From: a bacterium
GTDB lineage: Bacteria; Hydrothermota; UBA3073; JACQXS01; JAGMCI01
Length of the DNA stretch: 64,000 nt
Assembly: GCA_030018315.1 (NCBI GenBank)
Contig: JASEGA010000006.1
Coordinates: 1,271 to 65,270, forward strand
Reading direction: 5' to 3'
The notes under the pieces are model-generated. The model was not told the DNA's origin. It did no database searches and saw nothing but the letters and a program-made list of their open reading frames with translations. A program made the translations under genes and the position numbers. This document shows, piece after piece, positions 1 to 9,631 of the stretch; position 1 is the first letter of the stretch; each line of letters opens with the position of its first letter.

Positions 1-489
1 TTTTTCGTCAGGGAGTTCACCTTTCTCCTTACTATACATTTCTATCAGTTGACGCATATCTTCTATCTTTAAAATATATGTCTTATATTCACCAATTTTA
101 CCCATACCTTCATATTTAGGGTTAACAAGAGTTGCGAATTGTTCATATATCTGGTAAGGATTACGGCTTGCTTTCTTATTTTTGGGCTCCCCGGATACAG
201 AGTCAAGCCACCATTCATACACACCATCATAGATAGTGACAAATTTCTTACCCATTACCTCAGTCTCTGACCTTGTCTTGTATATTGGCTTACCAGCCAG
301 AATTGCACGCTTCTGATAAAGTGTATACATATCTGTGACAATAGTAATATCATTTACACCTTTCATTTGTTTCTCGTATGCAGTTATCGCATTCTGTATA
401 ATCTCACCCGCTGTATATTCTTTTGCTAATGCAAGGATAGGCAGTATGCCGACAACTGCTATTGTATAAAGTATCTTCTGTTTCATCTT
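1..489 (-). CDS. partial secreted protein (3' end beyond window edge), LolA-like lipoprotein-sorting fold suspected
   Basis: Not in the ORF track because no stop lies inside the window. The reverse complement from ATG 487-489 reads MKQKILYTIAVVGILPILALAKEY... (signal peptide) and stays open to position 1. A GGAGG-type RBS sits ~5 nt upstream. Confidence 0.4.
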
Positions 490-686
490 TACCTCCTATA
501 CTAATCGGTTAAATTCAACCTTCTTCTCATAAGGGATGAGAGAGGGGTTGTTTATCTCTTCATCCCCACTTTGCCACAATAAAATTGAGACAGCTCCAAT
601 TACTACCATAAGCCTCGCCTCCTTTAAAACTCATTTAACTGACTTTCTCTAAAATCTATTATTCCTCATTTTTATCCGAGAGTCTT

Positions 687-1244
687 CTACGAGTTTCCAT
701 ATTTGTCCCAATAAAGTATCTTTTCTATACCAAGCCTTTCTTTTTCATGTTCTTTTAATTCTTCCTCAGGATAGCCAAGAGTAATTAAAGCTACAACCTT
801 TGTACCTCTTGGTATTTTTAATATGTTTCTAACTGCACGCTCATTAAACCAACCAATCCAGCAAGTGCCTAACCCGAGCTCAGTTGCCATCAAAACCAGA
901 TGTTCTACCGCTATCCCCATATCAAGTAGATGATACTCAATCCCCTTTATACCAGCACCTACTCTGTGTGTAATAAAACTTAAATCAGCACACGCCACAA
1001 TTATAATAGGCGCAGTCTTTGCCCATGCATTTGAGACTACTATTCCACCTAATGCGTTTTTTGTAATTTGGTCTTTAATATCTTTATCCTTGACTACAAC
1101 AAACCGCCAGCATTGTGAATTGCAGGCAGATGGTGCAAGTCTTGCCGCCTCTATAATCTGCTCTATCTTATCATCTTCAACAGGCTTATCAAGATACGAT
1201 CTGACGCTACGCCTCTTCTTAATAATATCCATCAACACTGCCAT
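687..1244 (-). CDS. nitroreductase family protein
   Basis: 185 aa with KKRRSVRSY, LAPSACNSQCWRFVVV and GYPEE motifs, typical of the NADH/FMN nitroreductase fold. Confidence 0.85.
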   Translation of the reverse strand: MAVLMDIIKKRRSVRSYLDKPVEDDKIEQIIEAARLAPSACNSQCWRFVVVKDKDIKDQITKNALGGIVVSNAWAKTAPIIIVACADLSFITHRVGAGIKGIEYHLLDMGIAVEHLVLMATELGLGTCWIGWFNERAVRNILKIPRGTKVVALITLGYPEEELKEHEKERLGIEKILYWDKYGNS

Positions 1245-1246
1245 AA

Positions 1247-1284
1247 ACTTTTAGACTAATAACTCTTAGACTTTTAGACTATTT
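1247..1284 (-). promoter_or_regulatory. TTTTAGACT-type iterated motif (site F1) immediately upstream of nitroreductase 687-1244
   Basis: aacttttagactaataactcttagacttttagactattta: three TAGACT cores at ~10-11-nt phasing. Confidence 0.5.
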
Positions 1285-2064
1285 ACTCCACTTTGGCTTC
1301 CTTTTCTCAAGAAATGCTGCCATCCCCTCTTGTCCCTCTTCAGATACACGCAACGATGCAATAACTTTAGCTGTATATTTCTTGACTTCATCAAAACTCA
1401 TCCCCGGTACATTTCCAAGTAACTCCTTACATACAGCTATTGCATTTGGACCACTTGAAAGTAGTTGGCTTACCAAATCATCCACTGCCTTGTCAAGCCC
1501 TTCTAGCGACACTACCTGATTAACAAGCCCCGCCTCTAAAGTCCTATCTGCAGTCAGCCTCTCACCTGTAAGAAAGAACTCTCGTGTCCTGCCTTCACCG
1601 CATTTCCTGATTACATACGGTGATATACAAGCAGGGATGAGACCGAGCTTGACTTCACTGAAGCTAAACTTTGCATCACTTGATGCAATTGCAATATCAC
1701 ATACAGCTACAAAGCCAGTCCCTCCACCAATAGCTGCACCATTAACCCTTGCAATAACTGGCTTAGGTAAAGAGTAAATAAGATAAAATAGTTCTGCTAA
1801 CTCCAATGCTTCATTGAGGTTTTCATCAAACGAGTAATCTTTAACCCTTCTCATCCAGTTCAAGTCTGCACCCGCACAGAATGACTTACCTTCTCCTGTT
1901 AGCACCGCAACACGAACATCGTTTCTTGTCTTTATGTCTTTAAATACCTGTGTCAGTTCTTTAATCATCACCTCATTAAATGCATTATGGACTTCAGGCC
2001 GATTAAAAGTAACCCTTGCTACAAGCCCTTCTACTTTATAAGTTATAGTGTCAAATGTTCCCAT
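1279..2064 (-). CDS. enoyl-CoA hydratase/isomerase (crotonase family)
   Basis: 261 aa with FNRPEVHNAFN, GEGKSFCAGADL oxyanion-hole motifs and AAIGGG. Confidence 0.9.
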   Translation of the reverse strand: MGTFDTITYKVEGLVARVTFNRPEVHNAFNEVMIKELTQVFKDIKTRNDVRVAVLTGEGKSFCAGADLNWMRRVKDYSFDENLNEALELAELFYLIYSLPKPVIARVNGAAIGGGTGFVAVCDIAIASSDAKFSFSEVKLGLIPACISPYVIRKCGEGRTREFFLTGERLTADRTLEAGLVNQVVSLEGLDKAVDDLVSQLLSSGPNAIAVCKELLGNVPGMSFDEVKKYTAKVIASLRVSEEGQEGMAAFLEKRKPKWSK

Positions 2065-2067
2065 ACC

Positions 2068-2535
2068 TTATATAGTACTTTTTATCTTATTCAACCAATA
2101 TACATCTGCTTTATCCCTTTCTCTGTATGAATTCTTTTTGCTCTCTATAAGTTTATCAATACTTAACACCGGAATTTCAACACCTTCTACTTTTTCTATC
2201 ACTGTATCCTGGGTGGATGTTTCATAATTTATATTCCATAAAGTAGAGATAAGGTCTATCTCAGTCTTCCCTACAATCTTTACAGTTTGGCACTTTTTAA
2301 ACTCGTCTTCTTTTAGCTCTCTTACTCTTGGATAGATATCTTTCAGTGCTTCCTTTATCCGGCGAATGTTCTCAGCCGCAGGCTCTATAATGAAATCACA
2401 GTCATTTGTAAACCTTTCCTGCTTGGAAATTTCTTCAATCCCATGTAATTTACACGCATATGCACCACAAACTATGTATTTAACATCGTATTTGTTAAAT
2501 CTTTTGCATACCTCTAAGAAACTCTTATCTATCAT
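2068..2535 (-). CDS. Pol-beta-superfamily nucleotidyltransferase-fold protein (putative toxin/antitoxin-like)
   Basis: 155 aa carrying G-x-Y...DCDF (GS-x9-13-DxD-like) as in the CGAYACKLHG...NDCDFIIE segment. It overlaps the upstream small ORF by 4 bp (ATGA). Confidence 0.45.
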   Translation of the reverse strand: MIDKSFLEVCKRFNKYDVKYIVCGAYACKLHGIEEISKQERFTNDCDFIIEPAAENIRRIKEALKDIYPRVRELKEDEFKKCQTVKIVGKTEIDLISTLWNINYETSTQDTVIEKVEGVEIPVLSIDKLIESKKNSYRERDKADVYWLNKIKSTI

Positions 2536-2759
2536 TTCTTAGTAAGTTCTTCCCACGCTTTCATAACTCTACGGAATTCATCTTCCTGCTTTTCCTGTAA
2601 GTTCTTATACCGATAAATACCAGGGGGATAAGGTTTGACTTTTAATCGCATATATTCATATCTGTCAATTTCGTCTATTCTATTTTTTGTTATCCTATGG
2701 CTTAATTCCCATCTATTCTGTTCTTCTACTGTTTTAAATCTGTGAATTGAACTACTCAT
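2532..2759 (-). CDS. small hypothetical protein (75 aa), translationally coupled partner of the NTase-fold gene
   Basis: Charged 75-aa ORF with a 4-bp overlap onto the downstream gene; no recognisable motif. Confidence 0.35.
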   Translation of the reverse strand: MSSSIHRFKTVEEQNRWELSHRITKNRIDEIDRYEYMRLKVKPYPPGIYRYKNLQEKQEDEFRRVMKAWEELTKK

Positions 2760-2771
2760 TTTTCTGCTTTC

Positions 2772-3245
2772 CTAATCCCGCAACTTATTTCCGCACCAGT
2801 GACAATTCTTGAAATCAGAGGAGATGATAATTGGATTACCACATTTTAGACAACGCCATTTTTTATCCTGGTCCAAAAGCCATTCTTTAACTTTTCCTTC
2901 TTTAATCATCTGGAGATTTCTCCTCAGGTCCATACCTATCCCATCGCAAATCTTGGCAAATTTATCAAATATTTGACAAGTACCGTATTCAACACATTCA
3001 TAGCAAAAGTTTAGTTTTCTGGCATTCAAACATTTTAAAACCTTACAATTACTACCCCATTCCTTGTCATAAGACCATCCATAAACACCTATCGCCTGAC
3101 AGCCTTCGCATCTAACTTCTTCAGGAGAACAATTATGCCTTTTTGCTATTTCTTTTTGGAGTTCTTTTGAATCTTTATATGCCCGATAAATCTCACAGAT
3201 TCCACAGTAGAGACCGCATCTACCTATAAGATTTCCATTCACCAA
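2772..3245 (-). CDS. DUF3795-like Cys-rich zinc-binding protein
   Basis: 157 aa with CGLYCGIC near the N-terminus and many CxxC pairs. Confidence 0.55.
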   Translation of the reverse strand: MVNGNLIGRCGLYCGICEIYRAYKDSKELQKEIAKRHNCSPEEVRCEGCQAIGVYGWSYDKEWGSNCKVLKCLNARKLNFCYECVEYGTCQIFDKFAKICDGIGMDLRRNLQMIKEGKVKEWLLDQDKKWRCLKCGNPIIISSDFKNCHWCGNKLRD

Positions 3246-3379
3246 TTTTCACCTCCTTTATTTCTTGGCATTTCGCATAACTCAGTGATAAACGCATTGC
3301 GATTATCACTCTCCCGCTCAGTGGGATTATACACAATTAGGCTTATTTTTCACCTTCCCTGTGCAATCTGTATCTTCAT

Positions 3380-4730
3380 TCACATTCTAAATACTCCAAA
3401 CTTATGGTCCGGAATAGGTGCATTAAGGGACATTGAGATGCCTAACCCAAGCACTGTCCTTGTATCAACTGGGTCAATTATTCCATCATCCCATAGCCTG
3501 GCAGTTGAATAATAAGCACTGGATTGCTCCTCATACTCTCTTAATATAGGCTCACGCAGTTTTTCTCTCTCCTCATCAGTCAATTCCTTACCCTCTTTTT
3601 TAAGTGCTTCTATCTTCACATCTAAAAGAACATCAGCTGCCTGCTCACCACCCATCACACATATTTTAGCATTCGGCCACATCCATAATAACCTCGGTTC
3701 ATATGCTCTGCCACACATCCCATAGTTGCCTGCCCCATAAGAGCCACCTATAATAACTGTAAACTTGGGCACATCTGCATTAGCGACTGCATGCACCATC
3801 TTAGCACCATCTTTGGCTATACCTTGATGCTCATACTTTTTACCTACAATAAAGCCAGTTATATTTTGTAAGAAAACAATATGCTGGCTCGCCAGGCTCT
3901 AAGCGCTCAAGGTCAAACTTCTTTGGTAGAGGTAGATTCTGGACAATATTTCTTGTTATCTCCAAAGCATGCTCATCATTAACCGCATAGTGGTCAGTAA
4001 CACCCGAAATCCGACAGTGAACATCAGCACCACCAAGCTCCTCAACAGTTACTACCTCACCAGTAGCCGCCTTAACAAGCGGCGGCCCCCCAATATAAAT
4101 TGTGCCCTCCTCTTTTACAATAACTACTTCATCACTCATCGCCGGCTGATATGCACCGCCAGCAGTACAGAAGCCCATAACTGCTGAAATCTGTGGTATG
4201 TTCATTGCCGACATGCGTGCCTGATTGTAAAAGATACGTCCAAAGTGGTATTTATCAGGAAAAGTGCCTGCCTGTAATGGTAAAAATATTCCACCCGAAT
4301 CTACGAGATATATACAGGGGAGCCTATTCTCCATCGCAATCTCTTGCGCTCGTATATGTTTTTTAATAGTCTCAGGCACATAAGTGCCACCCTTAACAGT
4401 GGCATCGTGTGCAACTACCATAACTTCTCTGCCATGAACTACACCTATTCCTGTAACTATACCTGCACATGGGTGCTCGTTGTTATACATACCACAACTC
4501 GCAAGTGGTGATAATTCAAGGAATGGTGTATTTGGGTCAAAAAGTAGTTTCAGCCTATCCCTGACAAACAGCTTACCACGTGCCTTATGCTTCTCATGCA
4601 TCTTAGAGGGCCCACCTTTTTTAACCTCAGAAAGCCGTTCCTTTAACTCCTTAACAAGCGACTTCAGGTGCTCCTTGTTTTCATTAAACTCTGAACTATT
4701 TGAATTTATCTTTGACTCTATCTTATACAT
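3380..4730 (-). pseudogene. methylcrotonyl-CoA carboxylase beta / acyl-CoA carboxyltransferase, disrupted by an internal deletion plus frameshift
   Basis: The N-terminal piece (3840-4730) matches the carboxyltransferase N-domain up to ...[11 protein letters not shown]. The C-terminal piece is open from 3899 in another frame ([38 protein letters not shown]...GIFRM). About 65-75 residues of the conserved YGIV...RNIP segment are missing between the pieces, and the junction is not a homopolymer. An intact paralog lies at 25769-27319. Confidence 0.75.
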
Positions 4731-4868
4731 AGCAACTCCCTGTTAAATTACAACATTAAATAAGTTTTTACTCAACGAAGTAGTAATTTAACTTACTCTA
4801 AACCAATCTGCTAAACCCACTGTAGTCAATGGGACTAAAATATCCGCTATCATACTTAAACTAATACT

Positions 4869-4917
4869 ACCTTATACCCGTAGTATAAAATACCTGTTTT
4901 ACCTTCCTCTTGAATCT
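4869..4917. repeat. 49-bp direct repeat (left copy), a duplicated 3' end of the DUF35 gene
   Basis: 41/49 identical to 5687-5735 inside the DUF35 CDS. Reverse-complement translation gives KIQEEGKTGILYYGYKVVLV*, versus KIQEEGKTGILCYGYKAVLK* in the gene. Confidence 0.65.
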
Positions 4918-4947
4918 TCCCATTATATCACCTTAATCTCTCTGCTT

Positions 4948-5280
4948 TCATCTTTCATAAATTATCTCCCCCCCTTTAGCATATTGAGAAATGGGAGAAA
5001 CACCTTTTTTGAAATCTTCTGGCGACATAGTAATGATGTCGAGTGGAATTAAAAATTTATCCATTAACTTCCATTCTATATCTCCTAACATCCTTGCTCT
5101 TTCAAATATTCCTTTGCCACTAAAACTTTTGGAGATTATAACTATGTCAATATCGCTATCTCCTCTGTAATTCCCTCTCGCATAGGAACCGAATAAAATT
5201 ATCTTATCTATCTCAAACCCACTGTTTTCTAATAGATTTTTCAAATACCCTATTATTTTTTCAATCTTTTCTTTAGCCAT
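4948..5280 (-). CDS. minimal nucleotidyltransferase (MntA-like antitoxin)
   Basis: ILFGSYARGNYRGDSDIDIVIIS, a GSxxxG...DxD motif. Confidence 0.85.
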   Translation of the reverse strand: MAKEKIEKIIGYLKNLLENSGFEIDKIILFGSYARGNYRGDSDIDIVIISKSFSGKGIFERARMLGDIEWKLMDKFLIPLDIITMSPEDFKKGVSPISQYAKGGEIIYER

Positions 5281-5648
5281 TTTAATATCTCCTTAGTGTT
5301 TTTGAGAATATCGTTCACTTTTTGTTTATTATATTCTTTTAACAAAACTCTCAATTCTTCGGGATATCTTGTAGGAATGCTAACACGATTAAGTTCTGTG
5401 ACAAACTCTTTTAAGTTATCTGGAAGTGATAGTTCTATCTTTTTAACCAAATAAATAAGGTTATGAACTTTTGGTGGGAGCTCGTTTAATTTCTGAGTAT
5501 ACAATCCTTTCAACGCTTTCTCAATAGATAAATGGCACATAAAAACTGTATAAATATATCTGCCTGTCTTAAACATTGCTTCCGCTGTTTCTACATCATA
5601 CTCAGCCTGCTTAAACCACTCATTAGGCAGTTTTAATTTTTTACCCAT
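5253..5648 (-). CDS. HEPN domain protein (HepT-like toxin)
   Basis: 131 aa with helical HEPN architecture; it overlaps the MNT partner. Confidence 0.75.
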   Translation of the reverse strand: MGKKLKLPNEWFKQAEYDVETAEAMFKTGRYIYTVFMCHLSIEKALKGLYTQKLNELPPKVHNLIYLVKKIELSLPDNLKEFVTELNRVSIPTRYPEELRVLLKEYNKQKVNDILKNTKEILKWLKKRLKK

Positions 5649-5672
5649 TATTTTAGCTAACTCAATTAGAAC

Positions 5673-6062
5673 CTACTTCAATACCGCCTTATACCCATAG
5701 CACAGGATACCGGTCTTACCTTCCTCTTGAATTTTACGAAATACAAGTTTCACTTTCTTGCCAATTTCAACAGCTTCTGGCTTACAATCTACAACTTGTG
5801 TCGTCAATCGGACACCATCGTTTGTCTCAATTACTGCAATAACATAAGGTATCTGAGTTGCAAATTGCTCAGGTGCCACTCTGACTACTGTAAAAGTAAC
5901 TATTTTACCTTCATCACTTAACTGCACAGTTTCAAACTCTTTTGACCTACATTTAGGGCAAATAAGACGGGGTGGAAAAAGTATCTTACCGCATTTCTTG
6001 CATTTACCTGCCTCTAATCTATATCTTTGCGGTATCTCTCTTGTATATCTTGGTGATGGCAT
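5673..6062 (-). CDS. DUF35 Zn-ribbon/OB-fold protein, the third subunit of the archaeal-type thiolase/HMG-CoA synthase complex
   Basis: CKKCGKILFPPRLICPKCRS zinc ribbon followed by an OB fold. It sits directly downstream of the thiolase. Confidence 0.85.
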   Translation of the reverse strand: MPSPRYTREIPQRYRLEAGKCKKCGKILFPPRLICPKCRSKEFETVQLSDEGKIVTFTVVRVAPEQFATQIPYVIAVIETNDGVRLTTQVVDCKPEAVEIGKKVKLVFRKIQEEGKTGILCYGYKAVLK

Positions 6063-6063
6063 A

Positions 6064-7211
6064 TCAATAAACTCTAAATATATGGACTACAGACGATGCA
6101 CCTGAGCCACCCATATTCTGAGTAAGCCCTATTTTGGCACCTTTAACTTGCCGCTTGCCAGCTACACCACGTAGCTGTTCTACTATCTCAACTACTTGAG
6201 CTACACCAGTAGCACCTACAGGATGACCTTTAGCTTTTAAGCCACCAGATGGATTAACAGGAATTTTGCCGTCCAGTGCTGTATATCCCTTTTCTGTGAA
6301 CTCGCCACCCTTACCTTTTGGGACAAACCCTAACTCCTCAATAATACATATCTCAGCTATTGTGAAACAGTCGTGAACTTCAGCTCATCAATATCATCTG
6401 GCTTTAAGCCCGCCTGCTTAAAAGCTGTCTCACCCGCAACTCTAACTGCTTTCAATGAAGTTATATCCTCCCTTTGATGCAAAGCAATAGTATCAGTAGC
6501 TGCACCTGAAGCAAGTATCTTGACAGGTTTATTAGTGTATTTTTTTGCAACCTCAAGTGGACAGAGTATAACACAGGCAGCACCATCTGATACAGGTGAG
6601 CAATCCATCAATGTAAGCGGGTCTGATACCAGCGTAGACTTCACAACTGTATCTACTGTAATCTCACGCTGGAATTGTGCATTTGGGTTAAGTGCACCAT
6701 TCTTATGATTCTTAACTGCCACAAGGGCAAGCTGCTCCCTCGTCGTCCCATACTTATGCATATGAGCTCTCGCAATCATTGCATATAAAGCTGGAAAAGT
6801 CATACCTTCATAAACCTCATACTCCTGGTCAGCAGCCGTTGATAATGCATAAGTTACATCTGCACCATCAGTCATCTTCTCTACACCACCTACAAGAACT
6901 ATATCACTCATACCAGAAGCCACATCCATAAACCCATGCCTCAACACCATACCACCAGAAGCACAAGCAGACTCAATCCTTACGGCTGGAATAGGGGTAA
7001 CACCTAAATAATCAGCCATCAGTGCTCCTACATGCTCCTGACCTACAAATAAGCCAGCAGTCATATTACCAACATACATAGAATCTATATGGTCAACTCC
7101 TGCATCATTTATCGCTTTGAGTGCTGCCTCTACAAATATATCACGAATTGACTTAGTCCAGAGCTCACCAAACTTTGTCATCCCAACCCCTATAATTGCT
7201 ACTTCACACAT
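6064..7211 (-). CDS. acetyl-CoA C-acetyltransferase (thiolase, archaeal type), with an apparent 1-bp frameshift near 6383-6388
   Basis: The track ORF 6357-7211 carries the N-terminal 284 aa ([16 protein letters not shown]...). The missing C-terminus [18 protein letters not shown]...[17 protein letters not shown]...[15 protein letters not shown] is intact in the -1 frame at 6064-6390. The shift is consistent with a single missing G (GAGG to GAG). Confidence 0.8.
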
Positions 7212-7213
7212 AC

Positions 7214-7546
7214 TTACCTTCTTTCTACTCCGCTACCTTCAAAAAAGTATTCTGGGTATCTTAGTTCCGTAGCATAGATAGTGAGTTCGTGAACTCTAAA
7301 GTCTCGTAACTTATCGAAATCTATATCAATTTCTTTGCATAAATTAATTATTTCAGATAAGTCATGAGTTTTTCTAAAAATCTTTCGGTGAAACACAAGG
7401 TATGCTTTGAGATACTTCTCAATGCATTGTTGACAATGAAAACAGATTGTATCAGTAGCAGGTTCTTGAGTATTTATTTCGTCTCGGGCAACTTTTAAGT
7501 CATTTTCCGCCTTCTTTATCCATTTCTTAACATCCTCTTCTTTCAT
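7214..7546 (-). CDS. HEPN domain protein
   Basis: 110 aa with an R-x4-H signature (RKTHDL) and HEPN helices. Confidence 0.8.
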   Translation of the reverse strand: MKEEDVKKWIKKAENDLKVARDEINTQEPATDTICFHCQQCIEKYLKAYLVFHRKIFRKTHDLSEIINLCKEIDIDFDKLRDFRVHELTIYATELRYPEYFFEGSGVERR

Positions 7547-7731
7547 ATCTCTACCCCTTCTTTATGTGCGAAAAATGAAATACAACCAATACTGTTTTTA
7601 TTAAGGAAATCCCAATCACTGCCTTGGTTGTAATCGCCTCTTGCCATACTGCCGAAAAGAATGATTTTTACTATTTCTAAGCCGTTTGTTTCTATCACTT
7701 TCCTAATTACTTTTACAGCAGTTTCTAACAT
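7543..7731 (-). CDS. minimal nucleotidyltransferase (short, possibly degraded MntA)
   Basis: ILFGSMARGDYNQGSDWDFL; only 62 aa; 4-bp overlap with the HEPN gene. Confidence 0.55.
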   Translation of the reverse strand: MLETAVKVIRKVIETNGLEIVKIILFGSMARGDYNQGSDWDFLNKNSIGCISFFAHKEGVEI

Positions 7732-7752
7732 ATCTTTCGTCTTTCCCTTTAA

Positions 7753-8799
7753 CTACTCATTCATTATTATCTTTCCCCTAAATTTAGCATACTGACCATA
7801 ATCTAAGTATATACGGTTGGTCTCAAGCAGTTCCTTAACTTTGACTGCTTTATCCCTTACTTCATCAATTCTATCTGTAACTTTAAACACAAATGCATCA
7901 CTGCCAGCACCTGACCCAAATGAGACAAGTAAAATAAGGTTGCCCACTTTTGCTACATCAAGGATAGCTGAAAACCCAGTAGGTGAAGACCCAGAGTAAG
8001 TATTACCCATCAATGGCACTATCCAGCCAGGTTCAATCTGCTCCTCTGAGAAGCCAAGTCTCTTGCCAACCTCCCTCGGAAACCTACCGTTTGGCATATG
8101 GAATACAGCATAAGTAAAATCACTTGGCTTAAGACCCGTCTTTTTAAAAATGCCATTACCTGCCCCCAATATATGCTTGAAGTAAGCAGGCTCACCGGTA
8201 AATCTGCCACCATGGCGTGGATAGAATGCACCTTCTCTTCGCCAAAAGTCAGGTGTATCAGTAGCAAAAGAATAAGTATCTATAACTTCTGCAATTACTT
8301 TATCTTTACCAAAAATGAAAGCTGACCCACCAGCAGAAGCAGAATATTCAAGTGCATCACCAGGTGCACCCTGTGATGTATCAGCCCCTATTGCTAATGC
8401 ATACTTCATCTCATTTGCTTTAACAAGACTATATGCAACATACATTGCCTCAGTCCCCGCCTTACACGCAAACTCATAACTCGCTATGTGGACTTCAGGA
8501 GTTATACCAAGAGCCTCAGCCACCACTGTCCCCGATGGCTTCACTGCATAAGGATGAGATTCTGACCCTACATACACTGCACCTATTTCTTTTGGGTCAA
8601 TATCTGCACGCTTAATAGCATTCTTAGATGCCTCAACTGATATAGTGATTGTATCCTCATCAATGCCTGGAACAGTCTTCTCTTTTAATAAGAGCCCACG
8701 CTTTACAGCCTCAGGGTCCATCCCCCATTGTTTAGCAATATCATCTACCTTAATCCTATATCTCGGCAGATACGAGCCATAGCCTACAATTCCAACCAT
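7753..8799 (-). CDS. hydroxymethylglutaryl-CoA synthase (archaeal/PksG-like type)
   Basis: 348 aa starting MVGIVGYGSYLPRYRIKVDDIA..., with a thiolase-fold catalytic Cys region (ASYEFACKAG). Confidence 0.85.
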   Translation of the reverse strand: MVGIVGYGSYLPRYRIKVDDIAKQWGMDPEAVKRGLLLKEKTVPGIDEDTITISVEASKNAIKRADIDPKEIGAVYVGSESHPYAVKPSGTVVAEALGITPEVHIASYEFACKAGTEAMYVAYSLVKANEMKYALAIGADTSQGAPGDALEYSASAGGSAFIFGKDKVIAEVIDTYSFATDTPDFWRREGAFYPRHGGRFTGEPAYFKHILGAGNGIFKKTGLKPSDFTYAVFHMPNGRFPREVGKRLGFSEEQIEPGWIVPLMGNTYSGSSPTGFSAILDVAKVGNLILLVSFGSGAGSDAFVFKVTDRIDEVRDKAVKVKELLETNRIYLDYGQYAKFRGKIIMNE

Positions 8800-8809
8800 T
8801 TTATTTATT

Positions 8810-9195
8810 TTACTCTAATTTTATCATTTCAAGATAATTTTTCAACTTCTCAACAAAATTCTTTGCTGTTTCTAACAAATCTTTAGCTTTTTCTTTAGTA
8901 AATGTAAAACCTCCACTATAATCTCCAACAACTCTCTTATCATAGGCGTCATTAAGTGCTTTTCCCAAATCTTTTTCAAAAATTCCTGTTTTTACAAAAT
9001 GCTCACCAAACAAACTTATCACGCCTTTATGGGAGGAGGCACTCAAACCTTTAGGAAGAAGCACCGCTTCCGCCATAAAAACATTGCATAATAACACCTG
9101 GAAGCACAGGAATCATAATCCTCAATATTTGAAGTATGTTCGGCTGTGATTAGGAATTTCTCTGCTTTTTCTATAGGATCTCTTATTTCTTTCAA
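8810..9195 (-). CDS. HEPN domain protein, with an apparent 1-bp frameshift in a T5/A5 run (~9077-9081)
   Basis: The track ORF 8810-9097 is the C-terminal part. The N-terminal part (KEIRDPIEKAEKFLITAEHTSNIEDYDSCASRCYYAMF) is open in a neighbouring frame from a TTG at 9195. T6 instead of T5 would restore one ORF. Confidence 0.6.
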
Positions 9196-9521
9196 ACTCT
9201 TACACCTTCTTTCTTTACATTCAACATCAATGGGGAATTGTAATTTTCAAAGAAATATTCGGGAACTGCTATAACCGAAACAAATTTACCTTCTTCAAGA
9301 AGCATGTCAAACAAAAGGTCACTCAAGCCTCTTCTAACCTCAAAAGGATTAAGGGACTCATCAACCACTACAAGTATATCAACATCTGAATCACTTACAG
9401 CTTCCCCCCTTACATGAGAACCATACAGTATGATATGTTTGATCTTTCCTCCATACATCTTTAACAAGTGCCCTTTTATTCGATTCACTAAATCTTTTAC
9501 TCTCGCATCCATTTTCTTCAC
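9192..9521 (-). CDS. minimal nucleotidyltransferase (MntA-like)
   Basis: ILYGSHVRGEAVSDSDVDILVVV. Confidence 0.85.
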   Translation of the reverse strand: MKKMDARVKDLVNRIKGHLLKMYGGKIKHIILYGSHVRGEAVSDSDVDILVVVDESLNPFEVRRGLSDLLFDMLLEEGKFVSVIAVPEYFFENYNSPLMLNVKKEGVRV

Positions 9522-9582
9522 CTCTTAGCAGGGTTCAGTATACCATTTTATTCCAATTTTATCATTTGTCAAAAGAAAATTT

Positions 9583-9610
9583 CTTGACTTTTATAAAATA
9601 GTTAGTAAAG
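9583..9610 (+). promoter_or_regulatory. candidate sigma70 promoter (TTGACT / TAAAGT) for the Kelch-repeat gene
   Basis: TTGACT at 9583-9588; a TAAAGT-like -10 about 16-17 nt downstream. Confidence 0.35.
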
Positions 9611-9631
9611 TTATTTTAATAGGGGGAAGAA

